A DNA stretch of 64,000 bases from Parasitella parasitica NRRL 2501 (GCA_025201805.1 MU619336.1:58925-122924), one strand, 5' to 3'. Positions 23,601 through 36,960 are shown, counted from the first letter of the stretch. Translations and numbers: made by a program. The notes: generated by a model not told the origin, from the sequence alone.

Positions 23601-24329
23601 AATGATGTGCTTCAATTTACACTATATATACTTATTATAAGCCATCCGAACAGATAAAACGTGTACATGAAAAAATTTGACAGCTCTAATTTATCATATA
23701 CATATATCCTCTCTTGAGCGTTTCATCTAGCAGAATTTATGCTACTTTTGAATTATGTCCGTATCTCAAAGTGATGAATGAAGTGCAGTACCACACATAT
23801 TTACTACAAGTTCAAGTTCATAAAGCTCAAAAAAGTATGCTAAAAGTGAGGAAAAGAACCTGCACATCTCTCTATGTTATGATTATAAATGCCAAAAGTG
23901 AACTCAAAATGCGAGATTGCATCCTTGAGTGCACTTAATGGTGAAAAGGTTCCATATATCAGATAATAATTTCAATGCTTTTAGCTGATCAGATTAATAA
24001 ATGCAATTTACGCTTTGGCTTTGTCGTTTTGTACTTGCTGGAAAATCTTTTAATTGAGACCAATTTTCATATAGCTTGCAGCTTACATATTACAAAATGG
24101 GATACATGAAACAGATGAATGCAAAAATTGACAGCGATTGACACTTTATTTTGAATTACCTCAAGTATCAATGTCATTATTGTAATGCAAATGATTGTCA
24201 CCTTATTTGTTACACCGAGGAGCTTTTTATTGAATAAGAAAGGAGTTACTGGCAAGAGTAGATATTACGGTATGTAAATGAAAAGCGAATGTTGCGCATA
24301 CATTTTTTGCAGATATGTTAAACGATTGA

Positions 24330-25785
24330 TTATGACGATACTCTTCGAAATCGGCCTCTTTTCACACGTTCGGCTGAATGTAGAGCTGTGAAGGCGATCT
24401 TTTTTTTTCGTTGGGACGTACATTCTTCGCGATGTGGCCTTAATTGGAAAGACGAGCTAGTGGAAGTGTTAGTCAGAGTGGGAGGCCTAAAGAACCAAAC
24501 ACACAGTCAATGTTTGTTTTGTTAAGATCTACTTTATTCGTTTGAATACAATACCTCGTAGTTGTTAAACTGTGAGCTAATTTAGCATATGTGAATAAAC
24601 CTCCTAGTCCTTTCGAATATGAAGAAAACGGAACGATGAAAATCATGTAGCACAAAATTATCTATCCATAGTCCAGAATATATTAAGCGATGCCCCCGAA
24701 TCATTATACACAATTACATCTCTTACCATGTAAATAATATCGCTACTAGACTTCTCTGAACCGGCAGTTTGTTGCTTTCCATTCAATTTGTTTTTCAATT
24801 CCAAATTCTCATTTTCTAATTGCGAAACCTTTTCCAACAAACTTTGATTTGCACTACTAAGATCTGTGCATTGCTCTTCTAGTGCAGACAAGTGCTCGCG
24901 CTTTCTTTTGCGGGAGAGTAAAGCTGCAGCTCTATTCTTTATCAATCTTTCCTGACGCTTTATAATGGTAGCAGCTTTTTGTAGATCTGTATTGGAATTG
25001 ACAACAGGATATATGGCAGGGGCTCTGGTAGTCGACCCACTCGTATGTTGGTTGAGAGTTAGGGTCGATTTTATGTCTATCGACAATTCCTTTTTCGTCA
25101 TAAAAGATTCTCGGCTATGAGTGCTGTTGCTGGCAGCAGGCAAAATAGAAGGCAAGTGCTTTGCAGGTGCAGGGGCAATGACAGTTGGGATAGTGGAGTT
25201 ATGGCGAAGAGGAAAAGAAGTTAAACTTTCGCAACTGCTTGAAGATGCCACGCTATAGCTAGAATCTCGCTTCTTACGCCCACGCTTCTTTTTAGGCTGT
25301 TCGCTGTCAGAAGATGATGAATAAGAGCTTAAGGATCTTGGGGATGCTGGTGGATGCTGTACATTGTGGTTGTTTTGTTGCAAATTAAAATACGGCGGTG
25401 AACACACCATGTTGATTGTCGTGTCACTCATGTAGGCAGCAATTGATTGATGTTGCATCTGGTCATGGCTAGGCATCACGAATTGTAGGTTAGTAGTATT
25501 CAAAACATCAGTATGAAAGCATGGTGTGGTTGCAGGCTGATGCTGACGAAACAAATCATCATTAGGAGTTGAAGGAGCAGAATACCAAGTTGCATCGTTA
25601 TGATCATAGCCCGAAGATGCTATTGCCGTGGCATAGTTTAATTCTTGAATTGAACTGAATTTGGGTGCGGTTGGAGAAGGAGAAGCTGTAGAAGGTGCCA
25701 TATAATCAGGATTTAGGTACGACATTAGTAAGTCTTCTTGATCTTCTTGGAAAGCAGGGTCAGTCTTAATGCAGCGCTGTATCAT
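24330..25785 (-). CDS. bZIP transcription factor with putative C-terminal transmembrane segment (ATF6/CREB3-like layout), spliced; 3' end uncertain
   Basis: RQERLIKNRAAALLSRKRKREHLSALEEQCTDLSSANQSLLEKVSQLENENLELK; NLS PKKKRGRKKR; splicing at IIYM|GTAAGA gives IIYMIILCYMIFIVPFSS. Confidence 0.8.
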
Positions 25786-28189
25786 GGTTATACTTCTTGT
25801 ATGTATATATGTAATGTATTTTGCAAAGAAAAAGGAAAAAGAGAGGAGCATCAAGATCATGTAGATTTATTTCAATTTTAAGTTTAAAAACACTTAATGT
25901 GAACAAATATGGAAGCAAACTTCTCAGTACTCATTGCCCTGACAAGTGAAACGATGTGTGTCAAACTTTGCTGGCGGTGCTACACCAATGATGCAGATGG
26001 CAGCATATCCTATCATACCTCGATCGTACTAGCACATACCTTAATTATATCTATAAACAAATAATGCGATATAAAGGTATATTGCTGTGCTCAATTGTAA
26101 ACAAATAAATAGAATTCATTCAAGGCCCTTTATGAGAATGAACGATTACATGCTTTATACGCAAAATCTATCAGCGAGAACAAAAAATCAGGATCGACTA
26201 GCTCAAGAGCAAAGAATTCACATGCAATTGTTTTGGCCAGATTGTAGCATAGAGAATAAGGTACTGTGATTGTAAACGAGTCAATTTGAACAATTATATT
26301 CAAATTAATTTATTTATGCATATATAAACAAATGCTGTTTTTGCTAGATTTAAATACACATACAATGGTTTCATACTATTTTCAATGAAAGGAATACTGT
26401 ATATAAAATCTATAATCGTTGCCTATCCATTTGATTGAGCTTTTGCTCTCAAGCTGTTCAAAATAGATCACAGTAATTACACTTCAATTTGAAGCAACAT
26501 TTGCTTATAAGTTTGACACCACTCCAACACTAATTTTAGCGTGTCTTTTAATTCCATTAATGTGGGCGATTGTGTTTGTGATTTCAGTCCTTCCAGTATC
26601 ATAACAGGCTTATCTTTATAAGTTCTACTCCAATGCATTTAATGTAAATTTTTGCATGGTTCTTTTCCAATCAAGAAACTTACACAAATAAATGCTGATT
26701 GTCGGATCCTGCCTTTGTGCCGTGCTTTAAAAAATTGTAATCAAGAGCATATATATTGCATGCAATATAAACATCTTGGATGCAGAACTCAATTACAAGA
26801 TCTTGCTTCAAAGGCGGACTGAAAAACTAAAACGTGTACATTTTAATATATCAAGTCTGTCGCCTCATTACAGTTATTTTCGATACCTTTGGATGGCACA
26901 CTTTATAAGGGAATAAAAATGCTTCATTTGGGTAGTCAAATGCATGGAGTGCACGGTCCACATACTGATACATGTCCTCCAAAAGCTAATATCATCATAT
27001 AAGTGAAAAAAACGATGAAAAATCTTTTTCATTAAAGATACCTCAATAGTAGCTTGTTTGTATGAAGGCATAATAAATGTTTCTACTCGATTCATAGCCA
27101 GTGATATATAGTTAATTGCTTGTTGTGCCTTTTCATCAATTAATTTATGCTCAATTTAGAGTGCAAAGTTGCTTTTACCTGCTCCAAGAAATAAGGTACT
27201 TCGTTCGTAATTGTAGCTTTGATGGGAGTGTCTTGATGATAATTAACCAGTTTGATTTGAAGTTCCTAAATTCAAAGAATACAACATGAACATCATAATT
27301 CTTTTGCTGTAAATTACATGTATACCGCTTTTGTAATATGTGATCCGCTCAGAGTGATAAATCCTTTGATAGTTTCATTCCTAAATCATTTTTGATTAGC
27401 ACCTGATGTATACTGTTTATAATTGTTTCATGAGATTCTCACTGTGTTAGAGGTAAATAGTCCGTTTTGGCTATGTAATCAACGTTTTCGATTAGCAGTA
27501 CGTTATTGAAGAGAAATGTGTATGATTACTTTGGCTTGTTAAAATGGTTTGACTTTTCTGAATGTGAATAGAGGCTTTTATTAAAGGCGGCTAAAATAGT
27601 TATAATCATTTATTACCTCGAGTTGTATTTTTATTTTCTCCAATACAGGCGGGATGATATCGTGAAGAAGCCATTCTTTTTGTTTAACCTAGAAAATATA
27701 TTGTCAGAACTGTGTGTAAGACCTGGCTCTTTATAAATTACTGCTGTTTCATTTTCTTCGGTTTTGTGCATAGTACGAATAAAAAAAAAAGATCTCGAGG
27801 GAATCACGAAAGAAGCCAAGATTACATTGTGTTTGCGCATGATAATGTAACAAACACACAACGTCACGGTGAAAAGCAACAGAGTGTTAAAATGTTTTTC
27901 TAGGCTTACAAATGCGTTATATTTACAAATAAAAAGCACCGTATATTATGAAGGATTTTGAGAACATAAAAACAATTTTTGTTTTGGTCTATACAGATCT
28001 ATAGACAACATTACACGCGCTTGCATTAACTACTATGATCTTCAACATGAAAGTATTAAAGTACCGCTTTGTACTGATCAATACCGTATTTTTGGATGAA
28101 CAATGGTCCACACAAATAGTAGAAAGATAACATTACAGTAAGCCTTTATTGTTGCTTTTTACAAACATAAAAACCTAAAACAAACTTGC

Positions 28190-29746
28190 TTAATCCCATC
28201 CACCAACATCTAAGCCAGTGCCTGTACTGCTGTTTTCCTTCTTGTTTTCACTCTCAAGGGCAGCAACAATATCCGTTGGCTTCTTGTTAGCTGCCTTTAC
28301 CTTCTTTGATTTGTCTATAACCCCAACTACACCTGTTTGTGCCTTTGTTTGTGGCTTTGCAATGGGAGCAGCTACTTTCGCAGGAATAGGTTCCGTCACA
28401 ACAGTGTTAGTAACGGAATTTTTCTTGGCCAATGTCTTTTTTGTAGCAGGAGCAGCCTTGACCACTTTGACCTTCTTCTCAGTAGCAGGTTTGTCTTCTG
28501 CCTTGACAAAAAACATATCCCTCTCATCATCAACCTTCCTCTTCTTTTTCAATGCTGGCTCATCATCAGCTTTGGTAACTGATCGTTTCGATTTGATTTT
28601 AGCGATTTCCGTGCCTTTCATCTTAAGTTTCTTTTTATCATCAACGGCGGCAGCAGTTTCAGCCATGTTAATATCACCGTCTTCGTCCATAATGCCATTA
28701 GCTTGCCTCTCCTTCTTCTCCTTTTGAAGTTTCATGCGCTTCATACGCTGTTTCTTCTCGACAATATTAACATTCTCTCTTTGTTTTTTCTTACGCTCCA
28801 AAAATTTAGGATCAAATCTTTCTCCATCTAAGATACGGAGTGAAGGTACGAGATCGAGGATCTAATTGGCATGAATATAAGTACAGATATAACTTTAAAT
28901 CTCGATATACTCACCTTTTCAAGGTAATCTTTCTTTTTTGCAAGAGGATTTCCTTTTAAATTTAAGCTATGAAGCTTCAACAACGAACCAAGAGGAGCAA
29001 TGTCCTTCCAATTTGCGATCGCATTGTTGCCAAAATCCATAATTTCGATAGCGTTACAATTTCGTAAAGTTTCGGGTATCTCTGTAATCTTGTTATCGTT
29101 CAAACGAATCTCTTTTAATAAAGGGTTGTGTGATAGATCAGGAACTTGAGTGAGTAGATTGTGTGCAGCCGATAGTTTGGTTAGTTCAGCAAGACTAGAT
29201 AACCGCGGGGCAGTATCAATCTTGTTATGAGAAATGACTGAATGTAGACTTAATAACACCATTTTAACAAATAGGAATACCACTTACCCAGAGTATTTAG
29301 TTTTAATAAAGGTTCTATATTTTCTATTTCTAGCAGCTGGTTGTTATTCAAAATAAGTGCTTTTAATTGCTTGAGACGGGTGATGTGAGGGCTCATATGA
29401 ACTAATTCATTGTGGCTGACATTCAAGACTATTGTGATGTTAACCTAATCTGTCAGTGGATCAAGTAAATCTTACCATTGAGTTTTTGAAAATGCTGAAA
29501 TCCTGTGAAATCTTTAAACCTGTTATTTGAAAGGTTTAAAAGGATCATTTCGTCGACTTGCTTTAAGCCTGCGATTGATTTTTCACCTTCCAGATCATTA
29601 TGAGATAGAATGAGCTTACGAAGCTGCTTGCAGGCTGAAATATCTTGTATTAGATCAATTTCCTTTCTTGATACATTGACTTCTTTCAAGGATTCAAGGG
29701 GTTTACCCTTATAAATTTCGGAAATGACCTCAATTGTCAGCTTCAT
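28190..29746 (-). CDS. Leucine-rich repeat protein (SDS22-like LRRs plus Lys-rich C-terminal tail), spliced
   Basis: LRKLILSHNDL, LNLSNNRF, LTKLSAAHNLL, LKEIRLNDNKI, LHSLNLKGNPL and an LRR cap; basic tail ending VGGWD. Confidence 0.85.
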
Positions 29747-30124
29747 TCAAGTTCAAGGCAAATGAAGGAATTTTTTTTTTTTTTTTTTTTCATTCTTTTA
29801 AATTATCCTGGATACTCAAAAATGGTCACGAATGCAGTCCTTTTAATATGATTATAATAGATCTAAAGGATATATTTCCAATAAAATTTTACGATAGAAG
29901 TGCCATAGTCTAATCGAGTGTGTATATCTGTTTTATTTGGATCTATACTACTAAGCATTGCTTGTAAATGGTAATATTCATGAAAACTTGATAGAAAATT
30001 TTAAACGGCTCTTAAAGCGGTGTTTGTAAAATAGTTTTCATCGCTTTCTCAGCAGAGCCTTTTGACTCGCGAGCTTCTTTCACTTTTTAATGTATTTTTT
30101 TTCCATTTTATCATAAAAATTATC

Positions 30125-31363
30125 ATGTCAGAAGAATCGGATCCCTTTGAATGCCGTCTGTCATTTCTAGATCTTTTGAAAAAAGTCAATGCCTCACAAC
30201 AGTCTATACATAAAGTAGCCATTTATGCCATGCGACATAGAAACTTATGTGAAGATCTCTATAACTGTCTTATTGAACAGCTTGAACAGGTAAGGTTGTC
30301 TTTTTTTCTTTTATCGATTCGATTTAGTACTATTAGTGTAAATTATTTGATTCTACTATGGGGGAAGGGATATTTTGTTAAAAGATGCATGGATTTATGA
30401 GTGAGGAAACACATATTGTGCATTGGTGAATGCAAATCTATGGCAAGGGATGGAGTTGAGTAACTGTTAATTTGTACAGACAATCTTCAATTTTGTTTCT
30501 TTGCTCATGAATCTGTTGCATTGGGTTTGGATGGTGTATATTTTCTGTAAATTATAAAATTGAATAGAAAACCATAAACAAATATTAAATCGTCTCGTTC
30601 TTTTTGCATCTGTTTTCCCTAATTTTGTTGAATGATGATCATCTCTTATGTAGGCGTCACTAAACGCTAGGTTGAATATAATATATGTGCTGGATGCCAT
30701 ATTCTCGGCGAGTCAAAAGTCAAGATACTCGGGTTATATCGACTTGACACGGCCAGATCTGCCTCGAATAATCCATGCCGTTGTCGCTAATGGTCCAAAG
30801 GGAGTACTGAACATACCAAATACACAAAAGGTAAGATTTTTTACATTGCTTTGATTAATAATTGATTAAATACTTTTTTGTAGATTATAAATAATTGGAA
30901 GCGCAAAAATTACTTTGAAGCAAGTGAATTAGAGGAAGCAGAAAAGCCATTAATAGAGTGTGCATCAAGGTAACTGATATAATAGGAAAAAAGCTAGAGA
31001 AGACTTACAAATTTTATTATCTGATAGCTCAAGCCAAACACAATCAATTACCATTGACTCATTTTCAAAACAAGATATACTTCGTAGAATGGAAGAAGAT
31101 AGAGAAAGGGTAAAAACCATAGGAATTTAATTAAAAAACAAACAGATACTAATCCCAGGCAACAGCATAAGCGATTAAGAGAGGAGATATGGATACGACC
31201 GGCTGATGAGAGTCAATATGCAGAATTTGAAGAGTTTTGGAATACAACAGAAACACTAGACCCAGAAACCGATTATGAAATGATGATGGTTCAAAACATG
31301 TTGCGTCTCCCTAATTATCCTTGGAACTCAATGCTTGATCAACGATCAGCCATGCCCCAATAA
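30125..31363 (+). CDS. CTK3: CTD kinase subunit gamma (Ctk3/Lsg1-like), 5 exons
   Basis: DPFECRLSFLDLLKKVNASQQSIHKVA, EDLYNCLIEQLE, ARLNIIYVLD and C-terminal ILRRMEEDRER|HKRLREEIW. Confidence 0.88.
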
Positions 31364-32151
31364 ATAAACCGATTTTTATTAATGACAACTCTTTCCACAT
31401 ATAATTTTACCATTTAATGTACACAAGGATCAATAATTGTTTGATGGGCTTCACTCACTAATAAGGAATTGTTGTAGGGACAGTTATGGTAGTGAAAGGT
31501 GTGGTAGTACATGGCAAAGAAAATGCCTCTTTTATATGCATATATATCTCAAATTTGCGTGAGAATACTGTTCAAGTTTTTTAAAAAGCTCAAAATGACA
31601 TTTTATGTGTTACTTTGTTCGATACACAGAGCAAAATATCAGATCATCAAACAGAGGAATCAAGGAGGGACGAGTAGATTGAAGTTTCTTGCACCGAAAA
31701 CTTATTTATAGAGTGATTGATTGGGTGTCGAAATAAATTTCCAGTTTACGATGTCCAACAAATTTAGAGAAAAAATGTTCCAAAATGGTGAAATTAATAC
31801 ATAATGCTACTATCATTTAGCCGTGATCGTGAACAAACGTTTTACAAGTACTTGTATGAATTTATAAAGCATGGCAATTTGCAATCGCATTTTTGGACCA
31901 TTAATCTAATAAACTATGCTTGGAAAAAGTGTTGTGTACCTGTTTGACAGAAAATGCAAGTTACACCATGTTGAAAAATGAGTTAATTTGTAGAAGGATC
32001 TTTCTTCGGGTACTTGCTCGGAGCTATTATCTATATACCAACAAATTCAAGGTTCTGACGAATATAAAAAGAGGATAATTCAATGTCTTTGTTCTTCTGC
32101 TACTCCTTTCCCAGCAACATTGTAATCTCTGGTTTATAAAAGCACAACACA

Positions 32152-33572
32152 ATGTTTAATGTTCATCCAATGCAGTTGACACATGCACCTGAATTTCGAA
32201 TTCATTTGGACGACGATCAAGTAATACTTCATGGCTCAGCAGAAGAGTCGGCAGGTGTGATATTAAGAGGTAGTATCATACTGAACTGTCATGAGCAAAC
32301 CAAAGTAAAATCAATCACCCTGAAATTTACTGGCACTACAAGTGTCAATTGGACTGAGGGTGAGTGTATGGCATTGGCGCCTGAACAATGTCAAATAACG
32401 TCTTATTTCAAATATAGGGTTGGGCTCTCATCAAAAACATTACAGGGCAGAGCGTAAAATACTCGAAAAAGAATGGACATATTTAAAATTAAAGAAAAAG
32501 GCACATCATCTTTGCCAAGGACAGTATAAATGGGAGTTTGAGCTGCCTTTGCCGGGAAATTTACCGGAATCTGTAAATCATGAAATGGGGCAAGTTCGAT
32601 ACCGCTTGAAAGCTTATTGCGATAGACCAGCATTTTCAATGAATTATGTCGACAAACGTATTATCAAAGTAACCAGACTCATGTTACCATCCTGTCTTGA
32701 TTTGAGCCAATCTGTCGTAATCTCCAATGTCTGGGCTAACAAGGTAGCGTACGACATCAGTATCCCTTGCAAAGTTTTCTGCTCCAACAAGTCGATCCCA
32801 ATTTCATTTGACTTGCTACCAATTGCGCCAAATCTGAAGATTAAATCTGTTGCTTGTTCGCTGAAAGAATATGTCACTTGTTCTACTTTGGATCATTATA
32901 AAACCGAGGGAAAAGTTATCAACCACCTCCGTGATGATCGCTTGTCGATGGATGCTGCTACTGGACATTGGAGAAAGACCGAGCTGCTTCATGTGCCCTC
33001 TGAATCCAATCATATCACCTACGACATGTGCGGTGAGCTAATTCAGGTAAAGCATAAAATTAAGTTTGCCGTCGCTTTGCAAAACTCGGACGGTCATATT
33101 TCCGGTAAATATATCATGTACTTCAAACTTTAACCGAATGAATCTAACATGTATCTTATAAGAATTGAGAGCTGCAATTCCTGTCGTTATAGCCCCGATG
33201 CTTCCCGAAGACGATGACAATGTCCTGCCTGCTTATGAAGATGCCTGGCGATCCATACCTTATAATGTGGAAACATTGGCCCATATGATTGATATGGGTG
33301 AAGTGTCTCCATCGGCTGCTGCTGCTGCTCCTCCCCCTGCTCCTCCTGCTTTGCTAGCAACATCCGATTCACATTCAACTTTATCTTCATTGTCATCCAA
33401 TTCTGTCAATAGCAATAGTTTCAGTGAGAGAGATTACATGAGTCCCGAACCCTTGCCATGGATGGGTATTGATATATCTAGGGTACCATCATACACAACT
33501 GCTTTACGCACGGGCACTCCATGTACACTAACACCCTCACTTCCCAATTATGAATCGATTACTCTTGCTTAA
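32152..33572 (+). CDS. Alpha-arrestin (ART/Rod1-like ubiquitin-ligase adaptor), 3 exons
   Basis: Arrestin_N (LRGSIIL, YKWEFELPLPGNLPESV, VRYRLKA), Arrestin_C (HKIKFAVALQNSDGHISELRAAIPV) and PY-type motifs LPAY, VPSY, LPNY. Confidence 0.9.
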
Positions 33573-33705
33573 AAACAACTGTCGTATGCATATACCTCGT
33601 TTTTTGTAAATATTTTGCTCCTTTTTTATATAAATAATAATTTCTTGTCTTCAGAAGCTGTATCTCACAGGATCTCCAGCCTAGGACATGAATAAACATA
33701 TTTTT

Positions 33706-36700
33706 TTAGCATTTGGTAACTGTCCAGGGGTCTTTCGGAAGGAGTGTTGCTATTTGCGTCGTCTATGACATGATCCAGTTGGTTTATTTATTTTGAGGTC
33801 TTGCATCGTGTTGATCCAATTGCACAGCCATCTAAAGAAAGAAGAAGTAGTAAGGACTAATTTCCAATGGCAATCGAACTAGTTGTTCTATTTAGCTGAT
33901 TTAAAAGCAATATATCAAATAGAGAATTTTTATCTACTGCTACACACGACAATCGGCTAGGTTGCATTTCTTGCAAGGTTTGAAAATATCAAAGAATAAG
34001 GTAATAATTTTGCATAAAAAAAAGCTGTTTATTCATAAACATGGAAAGGCATATCTTACTTCAAAGGAAAGATGCATATAAAAGTTATACCATAGACATA
34101 TAAAAAGAGACTATTTTAAATCTCTATTGCTTTGAGGAGGTTGGGTTATATAAAGTTAGTGCTCTTCGTCCTCCTCATATTGCATGGCTTCCCCATCCAT
34201 ATTAAAAGAAAACTTTTTCGAATCATGGAATCGGATCGAAATGAGGAATTCGCTAGAGGTTTCTCGACAAAGAATGCCATCCTTAGTTACGTTATATTCA
34301 TATTTATGACAATTAGTTGGGGCAACTCGAGTGCTGTCATTGTAAACTACTCGTGACTGAAACAATAGTAAATTATTTACATTTGTTCTCTCGAAGTCAA
34401 ATTCGAGTTTGTTACAAGATTGCGCCATAAAAGTACAATTAACAAATACCAAAGTATCAATTGTTGCTGTTGCTGCCAACATTTCACCAAATGTCAACGA
34501 ATCAATCACACAGTTTACAAACCAAATTTCACGGATATCAACAGGGATTTCTTTTTCGCTGATTTCTCGATCATTGAATGAGGGGCAAGAGAAATCAAGG
34601 TTAGACAAGTGTAAACTTTTAGCGCCATTGTTGATCATAGAGACAACATCATTTAAAGTAGTTTGGTGTCTAGTTTTAGCTTTTGGCTTATCAGATTTGG
34701 AATTCAATTTTTCATAGAACTCATCGTCGAAAATCCTGATATTATCAAGCGAGAATGGTTTGATAGAGTATTCGATGAACTTGGACAAAGTGGTTGTAGC
34801 TGGTTTTTGCAGAAAGCCCTTGATCGTGTCTATAAAATTTCCCAAAAAGCTATACTCCTCTGGATAGGATATAAGGATGGCACCGGGTGAAAATGGTTTT
34901 GTAGATTCAATGACTTGTTGGATGCTTATGTCTTTATCGCAGTTAGGTACGACAAACATGAAATACGAATTGTTCTGCTCCAATATAATAAAATATTCAT
35001 TCTCTTTACTGCCTTCTGTAAATAGAAGTGTTGAGCCTGGAACTCCTTTCTCGTTCAAACCAGCAACTTCGTCTAAAACCTTGACCCAATTTTTAACTTG
35101 ACTCAAATAATCTTCAAAATCGGAGCAATTGATCACAATTTTGCATTCCTCAAAATTCTCGAGACTCATGCAAAAATCGGCGATTAGGCTGTCCCAATTA
35201 GTAGGCTTTTCTGTTTGCAATTCAGCATCATTAGAAGAGCTTATTTCAAGTTTGATGGATTTCAACATTGGTAGTTTCTCTAAGAGATACTCAAGCGAAG
35301 GAGCAGTCAAGTTGACGGGCTGGTATAGTTCAAGGTGTTGAGTGCGCTCGTGTGGCTTGATAAGTTTAATATAGTCGCCATTGTCCGAAAGTTCAAGTTC
35401 ACATAGATCCAATTCTTCTGGCTTATTCTCGTGCAACATAGTAATGTGGTATGCTTTATCTCGTTTGTCCCGAGCTCTTAATTTTTCAACTTCTTCATCC
35501 GAAAATTCAACAGGAAAATCGGGCAAATCTTCAATTTCGTAACAGTTGCAAAAGGGCGGAAGATCAGGGTTGCTAAGTCGCAATTCTTTTAATGTACTTA
35601 ACATTTGTGGAGTAATCACATTGCTGTGGTGTGAGTCCTTTGAAATGGAATTAATTAGCTCGTATTCGTGGCTGGAAACCCATTCGCTCGGACCGAGATC
35701 GTCAGAAAGATCAGGCTTGTAAAGTCGTAAATGTGCCGGAGTAGTGCACAAGTTGAGGTGTTCGTCCAAAGCAGCAAGTCCTATGAATGTTTTTTCTTGA
35801 GCCATTGTTGTTGATATCGAGAGTAATTGAGTGTGTAAGATGAGGAAAAAATTGAATTTATTAACACCTGTATTTATAATTTTTAAATGTAACTCTGGTT
35901 TATTGTATATTAATAAATACGGCTTCTGATATGAATGAGCTCTAGTACGTTTTATTGTATTTATTGTGGTGCTTTATGAATGATCTCATGATATGAATGA
36001 GCTGATAGTATGCTTTATTGTATTTATAATAATGTTCTATGAACCTGCAGTAGAATGTGGTTATTGTGTACAATTTAAATAAAGGTCTCTTCCAAGACAA
36101 TAGCCACAGGCTTATTGTACTTTTTTTTTTTTACGAAAAGGCACAATCAACCCGTTAAATAAAAGCGTAAATCACAAAACATTTACGAGTTGTGCTTTGT
36201 AAATTCTAAGGTATTGTAATCTGACATAGTAGCTTGCATGTAGAACTTGTCTTGAGATCGCTTGTAGCCAGTTCAATTGTTCTTCACCATGTTCTTCATC
36301 ATTCAAGCAAAACTTACTTTTGTTATTACTAAAGTTCGTTTTATCAAAGTATTTTATCCTAAAATTAGACAGTCTGTTCCTAATATTAGAATGGAGGAGC
36401 CAACGGAAGAACCAGTAATGATGGGGACATCAGTAAAGGAACTTACTATTGATATAAGCGCAGTTAGAGCAGATTTATGTTTCCAATGAGCTTACACAGG
36501 ATGAAATATAAACTGTTATACAAGGTAACAATTAGTTTTATACATATTTTTAATATGCACAAAGTAAAATAGATTGCTTTTTGGCAAGATAAAGTATCTA
36601 TGGCAGTAAACACTTTTCGATATGAAATGTTACCAAACATTATTTAAAGTGCTAATATCATAAAATAGCAGCCTTTCAAAGGCCTCAAATTACATCGATT

Positions 36701-36907
36701 AATTGTTCAAAGGTCAGCATACTACGGTATACCGATTTGATTTTATAGCTCTTGAGACATTCTGTTGCTTTATCAAAATTTCTTTATGTAAGCGCATCGT
36801 AATCGGTGAAGCATGATAGTTTATTGATCATTCCCACTACAAGACACACACTAAAAAGAGAAGCTCCGTCATCTATGCAAAATCACTTGAAAATTTAAAA
36901 ACACTAT
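33706..36907 (-). repeat. Copy 2 of the ~3.2 kb cassette, lying between the convergent arrestin and P450 genes
   Basis: Reverse complement of 6727-9945; starts ~130 bp after the arrestin stop and ends ~54 bp from the P450 stop. Confidence 0.95.
34156..35805 (-). CDS. Intronless orphan protein, 549 aa, paralogue of 7827-9494
   Basis: Intact ORF colinear with the 555-aa protein; same C-terminus YEEDEEH; one 6-aa indel. Confidence 0.85.
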   Translation of the reverse strand: MAQEKTFIGLAALDEHLNLCTTPAHLRLYKPDLSDDLGPSEWVSSHEYELINSISKDSHHSNVITPQMLSTLKELRLSNPDLPPFCNCYEIEDLPDFPVEFSDEEVEKLRARDKRDKAYHITMLHENKPEELDLCELELSDNGDYIKLIKPHERTQHLELYQPVNLTAPSLEYLLEKLPMLKSIKLEISSSNDAELQTEKPTNWDSLIADFCMSLENFEECKIVINCSDFEDYLSQVKNWVKVLDEVAGLNEKGVPGSTLLFTEGSKENEYFIILEQNNSYFMFVVPNCDKDISIQQVIESTKPFSPGAILISYPEEYSFLGNFIDTIKGFLQKPATTTLSKFIEYSIKPFSLDNIRIFDDEFYEKLNSKSDKPKAKTRHQTTLNDVVSMINNGAKSLHLSNLDFSCPSFNDREISEKEIPVDIREIWFVNCVIDSLTFGEMLAATATIDTLVFVNCTFMAQSCNKLEFDFERTNVNNLLLFQSRVVYNDSTRVAPTNCHKYEYNVTKDGILCRETSSEFLISIRFHDSKKFSFNMDGEAMQYEEDEEH

Positions 36908-36960
36908 GTATATATATAAGTTTATCTAGAGGCAGGGATATGAAATGAAAAAAAAATTAA

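Noticed and set aside
24735-24780. IRE1-type unconventional intron after the bZIP (CTGCCGG loop-like motif)
   Set aside because: The stem is only 2 bp and no second consensus stem-loop was found; a normal GT-AG intron explains the structure.
26300-27600. Possible decayed gene between the bZIP and LRR genes
   Set aside because: Only short ORFs with no recognisable motif; cannot be supported by eye.
6728-36906. TAGTG/CACTA at the cassette ends, suggesting a CACTA (En/Spm) transposon
   Set aside because: The orientation is inside-out for an element spanning a cassette or the interval between copies; there is no matching TIR at the other end and no 3-bp TSD.
6727-36907. The two cassette copies as giant TIRs of one 30-kb element (Starship- or Polinton-like)
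   Set aside because: The interval contains ordinary intron-bearing housekeeping genes (CTK3, LRR, arrestin, bZIP); no recombinase, integrase or polymerase is visible, and the outer flanks show no TSD. An inversion between the copies cannot be excluded without synteny data.
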